Sequence record: NC_042018.1
DNA length: 64,000 nucleotides
Reading direction: 5' to 3' (one strand)
Numbering within the stretch: the stretch's first letter is position 1; each line of letters opens with the position of its first letter. Position numbers and translations under genes: made by a program. Below, in pieces: positions 18,185 to 28,483 of this stretch. The notes below the pieces were generated by a model, which saw nothing but the letters and a program-made list of their open reading frames with translations, was not told where the DNA came from and searched no databases.

Positions 18185-20257
18185 ATGAGTACTGTTTCCC
18201 CGTTCAGAGAATCCCAATATACTGCTGACCGTGATTTAGAGAAACATTATCATAATCAGGCTGCCTTATTGCTCAGTAAAGTTTATAACGTAGACCAAGA
18301 GAAACTTAAACCATTGGTACAGGAAGTGTTTGTACCGAACTACAACGGGTTTAAAGAAGCCAAGATTCAGGTTGTCGAAAAGAACAAATACGGGGACCGT
18401 GAACTCACGGTAAAAAGTGCGCGCCAGTTCTTCAAAGAAGTTCAGGACAATAACTACCATTTATCTCCTTCTTTGGTGGCGTACAAACACTCGGACGAAG
18501 AACAATCTGTTAACTCAATTGGTACTGAAGAGTTTCTGAAAGCACGTAAGCACTTTAAAGGTAAACGTCAGGAAGCGAAAGCCGCCGGGGACAAAGTTGC
18601 GGAACGTGCCTTTAACCAAATTCAGAATGCGTTAAAAATCTTCAACAACGCCCAGTCTGGTGCAATGTCATCAAACGGGACACCGCTGAACAATAAATCG
18701 GGTCACACGACACTAACCTCTACCTGTCGTGTATTGACTTCCACAGCCAACATTTGTAATGAACGTTTGTTAACCGGTAACCGGTTGTTCTTGAACTACG
18801 AACGAACGATGGAAAACTTCTTGTCGTTGTTAACTGCCACCGACTTGAAGCGCGTACAAGCAGTTATGGATACGTTGGGCATGATCCATGCCACCACCGA
18901 GCAGGTGATGGACATGGTACGTCGTTGTGCGCACTATTACTGGAGTGACCGTAAGCGCATGGCCATGCTGCAAGAATTCGTTGATCGTCTCACACCGGTT
19001 GAACGTACCGTAATTCTGTGTGTGATGGACCTCAACGGTCTGATGACCACCAACCAGAAAACCCTAACGGCGTTCCTGGATGACTGGTGTCAAGTCCCGA
19101 CCATTCCAGCAGATGCGAAAGCCGAAGACTTTGTAGCGCCGGCTAACACCGACTACTACATTCTGGCAATTACCAAGCTGGGTGAGAAACCAAGCAAGCT
19201 GGCCATTAACCACCTGAACTCGTACCACCTGACGGTTGAAGAGAAATGGAAAGACTTTATTGAAGTGTTCATGAAGTCGAAGATTCCGCCGTCTGGTATC
19301 TACAGCATCAAAGAGATGATTCGCGAATCCGTATTGACTTCGGATACTGACTCTTCTATCTATACTGTGGACAACCTGATCGACAAGTACACGCAAGACC
19401 TCAACGTTGCACTGCGACTGAACGGGGTACTGACGTACTTTGTGCGTATGATTGCCGTACATCAACACGCGCAGTTTAGTAAGAACATGAACGTGGCTGA
19501 GAAGAACCTGTATCGTCTCAACATGAAGAACGAATACCTGTTCGGCTCTTACGTAACCACGCTGATGTCCAAGCACTACTTTGCCACACAGATGATGGTA
19601 GAAGGTGTACTGAACAAAGAGATCGAAATGGAAATCAAAGGGGTTCACTTGCGATCGTCGAAAGTGGCACTGGAAATCAAAGAGTTTGCGCACAAGTTAA
19701 TGCGTGACATCTTGGATGCAGTGTACGAGAAGCGGCAGTTGGATGCACCGGCGATTTTACATCAGGTGGGAAATCTGGAACGTCAAATTATTCAGGATAT
19801 CGAAAGCGGCAGCCCGGTGTGGTTAACGCGTGCGACTATTAAGGACAAGGCGGTTTACTCCAACCCAGACTCCAGCATCTACTATTACCACGAACTGTGG
19901 GAAGCAGTGTTTGCTGAGAAGTACGGGAAGGCTCCTGAGATTCCGTATACGGCGATTAAAATCAACACCAATACGGATTCCAAAAGTCGTTTCAACGAGT
20001 ACCTGGAAACGATTAAGGACGCTCAGTTGCGTGAACGCATGAAGACCTTTGTGGAAGGCAAAGATAAACTGACCACGTTCTATCTGCCGATGGAAATGGT
20101 GAGCAGCATTGGTGGGATACCGAAAGAGATGATTGCGGGTGCAGACATTCGTTCTATCATCAACCAGAACCTCAAGTCTGTGTATGCGGTTTTGGAGACA
20201 ACAGGTATCTATCTGTTAAACGACAAAATCACGAGGCTGGTATCGGATGAGCACTAA
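18185..20257 (+). CDS. family-B DNA polymerase, C-terminal (motif B and C) subunit, phiKZ gp50-like
   Basis: QNALKIFNNAQSG (motif B), SDTDS (motif C), YLFGSY...KHY and KGVHLRSS. Has no exonuclease domain and no motif A. Confidence 0.85.
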   Translation: MSTVSPFRESQYTADRDLEKHYHNQAALLLSKVYNVDQEKLKPLVQEVFVPNYNGFKEAKIQVVEKNKYGDRELTVKSARQFFKEVQDNNYHLSPSLVAYKHSDEEQSVNSIGTEEFLKARKHFKGKRQEAKAAGDKVAERAFNQIQNALKIFNNAQSGAMSSNGTPLNNKSGHTTLTSTCRVLTSTANICNERLLTGNRLFLNYERTMENFLSLLTATDLKRVQAVMDTLGMIHATTEQVMDMVRRCAHYYWSDRKRMAMLQEFVDRLTPVERTVILCVMDLNGLMTTNQKTLTAFLDDWCQVPTIPADAKAEDFVAPANTDYYILAITKLGEKPSKLAINHLNSYHLTVEEKWKDFIEVFMKSKIPPSGIYSIKEMIRESVLTSDTDSSIYTVDNLIDKYTQDLNVALRLNGVLTYFVRMIAVHQHAQFSKNMNVAEKNLYRLNMKNEYLFGSYVTTLMSKHYFATQMMVEGVLNKEIEMEIKGVHLRSSKVALEIKEFAHKLMRDILDAVYEKRQLDAPAILHQVGNLERQIIQDIESGSPVWLTRATIKDKAVYSNPDSSIYYYHELWEAVFAEKYGKAPEIPYTAIKINTNTDSKSRFNEYLETIKDAQLRERMKTFVEGKDKLTTFYLPMEMVSSIGGIPKEMIAGADIRSIINQNLKSVYAVLETTGIYLLNDKITRLVSDEH

Positions 20258-20477
20258 TCCTGACCTTACCGTAACGGTGCACCCGGCAGAAATTTGGGGA
20301 CCACGTTGGCGGGGAGTGGAGGCCATGATCAAGGTCTGGGCAGAAACTTGCCTGCCAGAAAGAACCACAGTTCAGACCCCAGAAACCACTCATTGGGACA
20401 TGAACATCTACCAGCCGCCTTTCGACAGCGTGGTAGAAAAAGTGCGTCGTCACCCTAATCCACAATACCGTAAATAA
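20247..20477 (+). CDS. small hypothetical protein
   Basis: 76 aa overlapping the polymerase stop, GAGG SD. Confidence 0.45.
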   Translation: MSTNPDLTVTVHPAEIWGPRWRGVEAMIKVWAETCLPERTTVQTPETTHWDMNIYQPPFDSVVEKVRRHPNPQYRK

Positions 20478-20537
20478 GCTATATTCTATGTAAAGAGCCC
20501 AGGGGAATTCCCCTGGGTCTCTCTTAAGAGGATCACG

Positions 20538-21776
20538 TTAGCTCATGTTGATTTTGTTCAATGCCTGCACTTTTAAGGCCAGCTCGGTCAAGTGACCTTT
20601 AACCGCCTTGTCGGTTATCCGTTGATAGTTGTTAATCATCTTCGGTACCGCAATGGCAATTTGTGTATTGATGTCCCCAGCCTTATAGGACAGCTCATTG
20701 GCAATGGTCAGGTACAAGGCAAACAGCTTTAAGGTTCGTGGTTCGTACACCCAACGGGTTTGAGCAAACATCTTAATACGGTCGCTCTCCCGGAGGAAGT
20801 CGAAATACGGTACCGCATAGAGGCTGCTAATCTGTGCCAGCAAATGCCCAAGGTTGTCTAATCGACGTCCTTTAATCGCACGCACCAACCAACCCATGTA
20901 GTCAGTTAACCGTTTGCGAACATCCGTGGTAATAAAGGTTACGTCTTCGGGATTCATTAAGTCTCCGTACGGCCTTTCATTTACTACGTGTTCATATAAG
21001 GTATTGACCACGTTCATCTGATTGTGAATCAACTGAGCATTGACCAGCGGGTATTTTACCAGATAGGCATGAATACCGGTATCGACCTCACGCAGCTGAC
21101 GCATGTAGTACCACCATCCTACAGCCAGCTCTACCACATCAATCCCAATAAAGGCAATTCCGCCAGTGCCGTGAAAGGTCTTGTGACCAATACGTTCAAT
21201 GCTGGGTTTGTAACTGTGAAAGTTTACTGTGCTGTACATCGGTATAACGGGACACAGGTGCTCGATGCGAGTCAGCTCTTCGTCGTAGGTTTTGTTGTTG
21301 TCCAGTAAGAACAATACTTCTTTAACGCCGTTGCCGTAGAACACATCGCTCTGTGGTTCACCGAGATGTTGGATGTTGGTAATTTTAAACAGCGTACTTA
21401 ATGTATATGCGCGGAAACGTGCATAGGTCACCACATACTCCAGTGACCAGTCCGGACTGATTGCTAACTGCTGTAACAACCCCACTAACACATGTTGGTT
21501 AGGCAAGTTGTAGTTCACCATCGCAACACGTTGCATCAAAGCGCGTCGGTTGAATTCGGTATCCCTGATTAAATTGTTAAGCGGTCCATAGTTTAATAAA
21601 GGATATTTGAATTGGGTGAATGAAGGTAAAGAGAGAGTGTTCATTAATTTTTTACCTGCATCATCTATTATATGTAAATAATCACTCGGGCACAACCCGG
21701 GGAATGGGACCAGAACGTTTTTTGGCTTTCTATACGATTGCCGGTCGGCGAAAGTCCGTTGCCTAAAAATTTTCAA
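20538..21776 (-). CDS. conserved core protein divergent from chimallin
   Basis: 412 aa ORF; the true start may be ATG 21644. Conserved position next to chmA. Confidence 0.55.
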   Translation of the reverse strand: MKIFRQRTFADRQSYRKPKNVLVPFPGLCPSDYLHIIDDAGKKLMNTLSLPSFTQFKYPLLNYGPLNNLIRDTEFNRRALMQRVAMVNYNLPNQHVLVGLLQQLAISPDWSLEYVVTYARFRAYTLSTLFKITNIQHLGEPQSDVFYGNGVKEVLFLLDNNKTYDEELTRIEHLCPVIPMYSTVNFHSYKPSIERIGHKTFHGTGGIAFIGIDVVELAVGWWYYMRQLREVDTGIHAYLVKYPLVNAQLIHNQMNVVNTLYEHVVNERPYGDLMNPEDVTFITTDVRKRLTDYMGWLVRAIKGRRLDNLGHLLAQISSLYAVPYFDFLRESDRIKMFAQTRWVYEPRTLKLFALYLTIANELSYKAGDINTQIAIAVPKMINNYQRITDKAVKGHLTELALKVQALNKINMS

Positions 21777-21779
21777 CCC

Positions 21780-21794
21780 TGTATTATTAACGTG
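21780..21794 (+). promoter_or_regulatory. early-type promoter of chimallin
   Basis: AAAAATTTTCAACCC-TGTATTAT-TAACGTG matches the motif family. Confidence 0.55.
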
Positions 21795-21878
21795 AATGGA
21801 TATAAAGAAATCATATCTTTTATCCTCGCTTAAGCTAATAAACGTTTATTACCTAACATCCGTAAATGGAGAATAAGA

Positions 21879-23864
21879 ATGTCTTTAAACAACAGCTCTA
21901 ACTGGAATGGCGGCAACAAGGAAGAAAACAACCAGTCTGGTCAGAACGCGGGTTCTCAGAACACCAATGCTCAGGGCCTGGTTGGTCTGTTCCAGCAGAC
22001 GTCCATGACGTCTGATAACCGTAACCTCAAAGACGTCACCGACGTCCGTGAACAAATCATCGAGTTCTACAAAACTCAGAAGTCCTCCACGACCTCTCAG
22101 CTGCAGCAGCAAATCATTCCGGAAGTGGAAGCGATGACCGCCACCATTTCTCCGCAGCTGCCGGGCCTGTGTTTCTACCGCGAAATCCAGGGCCAGATGT
22201 ACGTGATGGGCGTCCTGTTCTCCAACAACAACCTGGCGATCTCTACTGAGCAAATCAACGTTGCCGGTTTCGGTGGCAATGGTTCTCAGCGCGTGTCTAT
22301 TCCGCTGACGCCGGCTGACTATGCAAACGGTCAGGTTATCGAAGGTATCCGTAACCACTACCGCAGCGTAGCATCAGCACGTCAGATTAACACCGTCAAC
22401 ATCATCAACGTTGTCGTGGCTGATCTGGAAATGTACACCCACGCTGAAATCGTTGACGCGGCTAACCGCATCGACACCATCGCCAACTGGCTGACCCGTG
22501 AGTGGGAAGAAGCGATCCTGGTTAAAGCGGCCGAGCAGGCAACTGCTGCGCAGATTTCTCTGCCGTCTCCGTTCAAAGAGAACAAACCGTTCGGCAACAA
22601 CAACGCCGCAGAAGCGCGCGTCAACGTTGTTAGCGGCCGTCTGAACACGGCGCGTCAGCTGTCTCCGGCGAACATGGAAGTCATCGTGTCTACCATGAAC
22701 CCGAACAGCAACAGCCAGTCTCAGAACAGCAAAGAAATCGCTCGTATCAAAGCGACGGTTTCCCTGAAAGGCGTCTCCTTCCAGGAGCACCAGCAGGCGC
22801 TGATGGCGAACCAGAACGCACAGCAGAACTTCATGCAAATGATGGGTCTGGGTGGTTCGGTTTACCCGAACGGCTACCGTCCGCTGCGTCCGGTTATCAC
22901 TCTGGACCAGGTCCAGTCTGGTGAGCAGATGAACTACAACGGCGGTCTGGCTCCGTACTTCTTCGGCCTGTTTGCCCTGATGTGCACCAACAACAACTAC
23001 GTGTTCGCAGAAGCTCTGCGTCGTGTAAGCGTTGGCGCTCGTGGCAACCTGTCTGATCTGGAAGTGCGTATCAACCAACTGCTGCAGGGTTCCGGTGTGC
23101 CTAACCCGCAGAACCGTATCCAGCTGACTGACAAAACCATCTCTGACACCGACGTGGTGAACCAGTGGATTCGTCAGAACGTCGCTCCGCACGCAACCTT
23201 CCAGACCAACCTGGTACTGCGCGGCGTGAACGGCTCTGTTAACAACTTCCTGCTGCGTCTCGCAGGTGGTGCTGGTCGCGGTGAAGCGATTAACACGGTT
23301 GTTAACTGCCTGGATGCAATCTCCAACGGCGCGGCATCTACCCTGATCGCTCGCAACCACACCTCCGGCAAAGGCTGGACCAAAGACAAGCCGATTCTGC
23401 ACCGTACCGCAGAAATCGCTATCAACGGTCTGGCGACTTACGGCGACAAACAGCTGAACACGCTGGAAATCGACGAAATGCTGCTGGGTCACGTGAAGGG
23501 CAAAAATGGTATCAACGCCATTGCTGACTTCCTCCGCGTGCAGTACGGCACCGACAACGAAGAGTTCAAGTCTCGTGCGCAGAAACTGCGTATCCAGCTG
23601 AACGAATCGCTGTTCGACGGCGCAGTGCACATCAACAACTTCTCTCAGGTTCACATCTGGGATCCGCTGTTCATGCAGCTGCTGGGTGAGTGCATGGCTG
23701 ATATCGGCGCAATGAACGTCGCTAACAACCTGGGCTCGTTCCGTACTACTAACCTGGTCTACGCACCGGGCGCTGGTCTGGCAACCTACGCTTCTGCTGG
23801 CAGCAACGGTAACGTTGGCGGCATGATGGCGTCTGGTTTCTTTAACGGTGTACCGTTCGCGTAA
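21879..23864 (+). CDS. chmA: chimallin, phage nucleus shell protein
   Basis: 661 aa, extreme codon optimisation, disordered N-terminal segment and a C-terminal segment ending in an aromatic residue. Lies between the DNA polymerase and nvRNAP beta'-N, the phiKZ gp54 position. Confidence 0.85.
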   Translation: MSLNNSSNWNGGNKEENNQSGQNAGSQNTNAQGLVGLFQQTSMTSDNRNLKDVTDVREQIIEFYKTQKSSTTSQLQQQIIPEVEAMTATISPQLPGLCFYREIQGQMYVMGVLFSNNNLAISTEQINVAGFGGNGSQRVSIPLTPADYANGQVIEGIRNHYRSVASARQINTVNIINVVVADLEMYTHAEIVDAANRIDTIANWLTREWEEAILVKAAEQATAAQISLPSPFKENKPFGNNNAAEARVNVVSGRLNTARQLSPANMEVIVSTMNPNSNSQSQNSKEIARIKATVSLKGVSFQEHQQALMANQNAQQNFMQMMGLGGSVYPNGYRPLRPVITLDQVQSGEQMNYNGGLAPYFFGLFALMCTNNNYVFAEALRRVSVGARGNLSDLEVRINQLLQGSGVPNPQNRIQLTDKTISDTDVVNQWIRQNVAPHATFQTNLVLRGVNGSVNNFLLRLAGGAGRGEAINTVVNCLDAISNGAASTLIARNHTSGKGWTKDKPILHRTAEIAINGLATYGDKQLNTLEIDEMLLGHVKGKNGINAIADFLRVQYGTDNEEFKSRAQKLRIQLNESLFDGAVHINNFSQVHIWDPLFMQLLGECMADIGAMNVANNLGSFRTTNLVYAPGAGLATYASAGSNGNVGGMMASGFFNGVPFA

Positions 23865-23947
23865 TCGGTTAGCATAAAACCAAATAAGCTAAGGGGGTTT
23901 CGACTCCCTTAGCTTTATTTCGCTTTTTAATTTTTTGAGGTACCGCT

Positions 23948-25579
23948 GTGAACATACCCGACTTAACGCCGTCTAATGAGTTAGCCATTAAAGCGCTCAC
24001 TAACCCGCGTTTAAATCACTTCGATCCCCTAACCGACTTCATGGGTTTCGCACAACGCTACGGTGGGGATTTAACGGACGACCCTCAATTTTCGAAACCG
24101 CTGTATTTTGATTTTGAAGATTACGATTATCTTCATGATACTTCCCGTTTGACGCCGGTGTATCTCAACGACTTCGACTTTAACTTAGAAGAAGACCGTG
24201 AACGTCTGGCGACATTAACCCGTATGGATTTCAGCGGTAACACGTTTGAGTCTATTGCGGTGTGCAGTCCCGATTGCGGACATCTGAAAGGCAACTACCT
24301 GATCGGCTCAGACCGAACCTGTTCGAAATGCGGTAACAAAGTTGAGCGTTTCTTGAACCGTGGCAGCGACACCAAACTGTGGTTGCGTTTGCCCGAAGGC
24401 GTGAAGGCATTTGTGAACATTGGTGTTTACAATACCTTCCTTACCAGTATCACCATCAGTAACAGTGGCTCACCGAAAATCTGTCTGCCGCGTTACTTCA
24501 TCGATCCGAACTACCGCAAGCACGAAAACAAGCGTCGCATTACCACGCTGAGTGTGCTGCAAAACGTGCTGTCTGATTTGGACATTAAAGAGGTGAACCT
24601 CAACACCTTTGTGGACAACTACGACCGCATCATGCAATACCTGTTAATGGGTCCGGGTAAACGCTATACCGGCCTGGGTGAACGTGTCACCGATATGTTG
24701 GCGTTGTATCACCAAACCCGCAAGATTGTCTTTAACCACTACCTCAAGGTACCGAACCGTTACAGTACCGTTATTGAGCGTGGCGACAAAGACGTCTACT
24801 GTGCAGAAGGGCAATTAGAAACTACCCAGATTTACTACGCCATTGCCGATACCGCGAAGTCTGATGAATATTATCAGCTCAGCGAAAAGGAAATTCTGCG
24901 TAACGTAGAAATCGTGGGCAAGAATCTGGTGAAGCTCACTGAGCAGTACGGGAAAGTCAATAACCCGAAGATGATCTTTCACAAGAAAGGTCTGAGTCGT
25001 AAACACGTGTGTTCAGGTTCTATCCCAATGACCGGTCGTTCGGTTATTACCAGTCAGACCGGGATTATGGACCCAGGCAACCTGGAGATTCCGTGGAAGA
25101 TTGCGCTGGCGATTCTGGAATACCACCTGGTGGGGTTCCTGTACCGTCAAGCCAAGACGCCGTGGGAAGCCTATCGCCACATGAACCTGGCGGCACACGA
25201 AGTGGATGATCTGATTGACGGATTCTTCCGTCGTATGGAAGACGAGCGTAAGGCGCTGATTCAAGCGGGTCGTAACCCGTCGATTGAATACCTCAGCTTG
25301 CGTACCTTCTTCCTGAACGTTAACCGTAACCTGCACGATGAGTCGATTAAGTTACCTATCCTGGCCTGTGCTCCTATGAACGCAGACTTTGATGGCGATA
25401 ACGAATACCTGCTCTTCCTGCTGGATTTGGAATCCAAAGCCAAAGCGTACGGAGCGTTCGGTCATCACCTGATGTTAGACACCAATCAGCTGTTCAAGGT
25501 GAATCGGTATGCGGCACAGGCAGCCACAAACTACATGAACCTGAACATCATGATGCAGAACACACCGGTGGTTGAATGA
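23948..25579 (+). CDS. rpoC: non-virion RNA polymerase beta' N-terminal subunit (phiKZ gp55/56.1-like)
   Basis: Zn finger CSPDCG...CSKC, GRSVI, AGRNPS, catalytic PMNADFDGD. Confidence 0.9.
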   Translation: MNIPDLTPSNELAIKALTNPRLNHFDPLTDFMGFAQRYGGDLTDDPQFSKPLYFDFEDYDYLHDTSRLTPVYLNDFDFNLEEDRERLATLTRMDFSGNTFESIAVCSPDCGHLKGNYLIGSDRTCSKCGNKVERFLNRGSDTKLWLRLPEGVKAFVNIGVYNTFLTSITISNSGSPKICLPRYFIDPNYRKHENKRRITTLSVLQNVLSDLDIKEVNLNTFVDNYDRIMQYLLMGPGKRYTGLGERVTDMLALYHQTRKIVFNHYLKVPNRYSTVIERGDKDVYCAEGQLETTQIYYAIADTAKSDEYYQLSEKEILRNVEIVGKNLVKLTEQYGKVNNPKMIFHKKGLSRKHVCSGSIPMTGRSVITSQTGIMDPGNLEIPWKIALAILEYHLVGFLYRQAKTPWEAYRHMNLAAHEVDDLIDGFFRRMEDERKALIQAGRNPSIEYLSLRTFFLNVNRNLHDESIKLPILACAPMNADFDGDNEYLLFLLDLESKAKAYGAFGHHLMLDTNQLFKVNRYAAQAATNYMNLNIMMQNTPVVE

Positions 25580-26220
25580 ATAGTGCAAACGCGTTCAGTT
25601 ATGCAATCTCGGGGGCAATGGGCGAAAAGCAAATTCAGTCCTATGCCAACTTCGTGAATCTGGCACACCAAAACCTCGTTGGGGTGGGTAGCTGGCTTCA
25701 GGAACAAGCTGAGCGTACCATGAACCAGTTCAACAATTTCGTGAACTCTCGTGCATGGGAACTCAGTAGCCGCCTGGCGAAAAAGAACGAAGGTGATTAT
25801 GTAGGGCGTTATGAGATTGGGTATTTGGGGTCGTTAACTGGCCTGCAGAATGCACAAGGCTTCATGCGTAACTACGTGATGGCCAACCCAAATGTTATGC
25901 AGATGTACCTTGATGGCGAGATTTCTGGCTATGACGGGGAACTGCATGCGCGCTGTACTGGGCTGGCGGAAGAGAACATCTATTACCGTCGGGCCATGAA
26001 CGGTGTCCTGGACTTCCGGGAAACCGATAACGGAAAACAGCTGCACCACGCTCATTACTTCGAGCAGGGTAACTCACTGTCCTTCCGTGAACGAGTCGAT
26101 ATCCAACGTACCTGGGCAGCTGCTAATCATCATCTGGCGGCCACCGAGTTTGATATCACGTCATCCAACGGCGATAAGCGGAAATCGTTTATCATGGATG
26201 ATGAAACCCCTTCTGAATAA
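25576..26220 (+). CDS. conserved core hypothetical protein
   Basis: 214 aa, ATGA-coupled to beta'-N. Confidence 0.6.
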   Translation: MNSANAFSYAISGAMGEKQIQSYANFVNLAHQNLVGVGSWLQEQAERTMNQFNNFVNSRAWELSSRLAKKNEGDYVGRYEIGYLGSLTGLQNAQGFMRNYVMANPNVMQMYLDGEISGYDGELHARCTGLAEENIYYRRAMNGVLDFRETDNGKQLHHAHYFEQGNSLSFRERVDIQRTWAAANHHLAATEFDITSSNGDKRKSFIMDDETPSE

Positions 26221-26275
26221 TTAACCTCTGCGCCAATGCTTCGGTGTTGGCGTAGTCTCTATAGGAGTCCAGGCC

Positions 26276-26518
26276 ATGGGCGAGAAAAAAGAATTTGTAG
26301 TACAAGGTGTACACGAATACCAGTATAACGGTGAGACGCACTGTGAAGCCGTGAGCGACGATAAAGCCAAGTTCTGGTCCGTTTATCGGGTTGATCATCA
26401 GGGCCTCTCCTCGGCGCTGTGTGACTGCCCTACGCGTGAGAAGGCTGAGTTCATCGCAACCCGCCTGAACTTCGTTAAGGATATCCGCGAAGAGCTGAAC
26501 GCGATGTTGGCGAAGTAA
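26276..26518 (+). CDS. small hypothetical protein (FWSVY motif)
   Basis: 80 aa, AGGAG SD, flanked by hairpins. Confidence 0.6.
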   Translation: MGEKKEFVVQGVHEYQYNGETHCEAVSDDKAKFWSVYRVDHQGLSSALCDCPTREKAEFIATRLNFVKDIREELNAMLAK

Positions 26519-26666
26519 AGTATATGAGGTGGGGTTTCCCACCTCTGTTTCCTTTGTTCTTTTATTTTTAGTTTGCAGTTGATTTCAGGTCTATATAGTT
26601 AAGGTGAATAAAGTAATAGAAACTTTATCATTCTCACATTTAACTATAATGAAAGGAATTGAAATC

Positions 26667-27035
26667 ATGGCTAAATTAACAATTAACTTCGACGCTTCCA
26701 TCCTGAACGAACTGCACACCAAACGCTGGAACCACTTAATCGGTATGCTGGAAAACGACGCGCTGTTCGTGGACGACCATCGTCACGGCATGGAACCGAC
26801 CAAGCTGCCATACAAAGCACTGATTGTTCACATGCGTGGCGAAGTTGTAAACATCTGCCCGTTCATTGACAACACGCCGTATTTCTGCATTAACCCGCTG
26901 ACACCATTTGAAGGTGTTATTCATCTGGACCGTAACAGCTGTGGCCACACCATTATGCGCGAAGGCAGCAAGAAGTGGCAGTTGGACCAACTGGTAGCAA
27001 AAGGCGAAATCGCCGGTTACATCGAAATTAATTAA
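26667..27035 (+). CDS. hypothetical early protein
   Basis: ATG 26667 follows AAAGGA; promoter-like TATATAGT..GGTG at 26592. Confidence 0.6.
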   Translation: MAKLTINFDASILNELHTKRWNHLIGMLENDALFVDDHRHGMEPTKLPYKALIVHMRGEVVNICPFIDNTPYFCINPLTPFEGVIHLDRNSCGHTIMREGSKKWQLDQLVAKGEIAGYIEIN

Positions 27036-27058
27036 TTGAATCAATAAAGGAAACAGTC

Positions 27059-27181
27059 ATGCAAACCCTCGGCATCGCATTCTTTGTAGCAGCGTTCACC
27101 CCAGTCGTTATCGGTTTAGCGTATTACTTCATTAAAGACATGCGTGCCGAAAACCAACCCATGGCTGTACGCAACAAGTAA
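27059..27181 (+). CDS. 40 aa single-pass membrane microprotein (absent from the ORF track)
   Basis: AAAGGA SD; translates as MQTLGIAFFVAAFTPVVIGLAYYFIKDMRAENQPMAVRNK*. Confidence 0.6.
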   Translation: MQTLGIAFFVAAFTPVVIGLAYYFIKDMRAENQPMAVRNK

Positions 27182-27247
27182 GTCATAGCCCTGCATCTGC
27201 AGGGCTTAGCTTTTCATCATTATTTTTTTTTTCGTAAAGGAATTCTC

Positions 27248-27658
27248 ATGTCTACTTTTTGTGTGGCAACCATGTCCACAGAGAACGGATGGGAGACCCA
27301 GTCGGTCCCCACGGCTCTGTCGCTCCATTTAATGTATTGGTTCGCTTCCCGTCGTAATCAATCCAAAAACTTGGCTAATGTCCCCAGCTTCTATTATCTG
27401 TGGCAAAAGTACGGCACCAACAAAGAGCAACTGATTTCTAACTGTCGTCAAGAACTCATTCAGTATATGTCTGAATTGTTCGATTCCCCTAAGGTGGAAG
27501 TGACCGCAGTGGATACGTCAGAAGCCGGTAGTAGCTTCCGTTTGGTGTTCGCAGTACAAGTATTTTCTGACGGGACGAACTATGACTTAGCAAGGTCCGT
27601 GTTAATTACAAACGAAATGTATAAAGTTCTGGACGAGGAGAGATTAAATAATGCATGA
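27248..27658 (+). CDS. putative gp25-like baseplate wedge / sheath initiator
   Basis: 136 aa. Helix (CRQELIQYMSELF) followed by KVEVTAV..FRLVFAVQVF strands resembles the GPW/gp25 fold (inference). Confidence 0.4.
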   Translation: MSTFCVATMSTENGWETQSVPTALSLHLMYWFASRRNQSKNLANVPSFYYLWQKYGTNKEQLISNCRQELIQYMSELFDSPKVEVTAVDTSEAGSSFRLVFAVQVFSDGTNYDLARSVLITNEMYKVLDEERLNNA

Positions 27659-28457
27659 CGATCGCCACTATTCTGATATTGAAATGGAACAAAACGCGCA
27701 AGAAGAGAACGCTTCCTACTCTCCTGAACTGGAGCCGGAATTAGAGTTCCTGAAAGACCTGCGTGTTCACACCATCAACGGCAAGCTGGCACTGGGCGAT
27801 GAAAAGCTGCCGTTTAACGTCGCCAAGATCTATTCTGAAAAGGAGTTCGTGGATGTTTGGCTGATGCAATTTGCATTGGGTAACCATTACGGCATTAACT
27901 ACTTTAACCATCGCGAGTGGGGCAAAGAAACCAACCTGGGTACGCTGGCCGCCATGGTGGTTGATGAAGAAGGCAAACCTGTGCTGTTCGTTCCGCCGGT
28001 TATCAGCACCAACATGACCGACCGGGATTACGAGCTGTTGCGCATGGCCAGCTGGACCGTCAACAACAACATGAACGACAACATGAAGAAGAACGACCCG
28101 AACGCCAGTTTGGACGTTGCTCGCAAGATTCATCAGCACATCACCCAAAAGGCGATGACGTTGACGGATTTGATTGTCCCGGAGTTCTACGCCAAGCACA
28201 ACGTCGTGCCAGAAGTAGAGCAACAGGCTTTCTATCTGCGGGATGTTATTAATAACGGCGCGGTCGATATTAAAGACATGGTTGAAGTTCGTGAAATCCT
28301 GTACAAGGTACATCGCAACGAAGAACTCACCAGCGTAGAAAAAGAAAAGATCAATACGCTGTCGCGGGGTCAATTTGAGTTCACTGCACCGGAAGAAAAA
28401 TCCACCGGCGGTGATGACGATACCGGCACAGATTCGTTTAACCCATTGGAGTGCTAA
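27651..28457 (+). CDS. conserved core hypothetical protein
   Basis: 268 aa, GAGGAG SD, acidic termini. Confidence 0.6.
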   Translation: MHDDRHYSDIEMEQNAQEENASYSPELEPELEFLKDLRVHTINGKLALGDEKLPFNVAKIYSEKEFVDVWLMQFALGNHYGINYFNHREWGKETNLGTLAAMVVDEEGKPVLFVPPVISTNMTDRDYELLRMASWTVNNNMNDNMKKNDPNASLDVARKIHQHITQKAMTLTDLIVPEFYAKHNVVPEVEQQAFYLRDVINNGAVDIKDMVEVREILYKVHRNEELTSVEKEKINTLSRGQFEFTAPEEKSTGGDDDTGTDSFNPLEC

Positions 28458-28483
28458 CGGCACTAACAGGGGATTAAAGCAGC

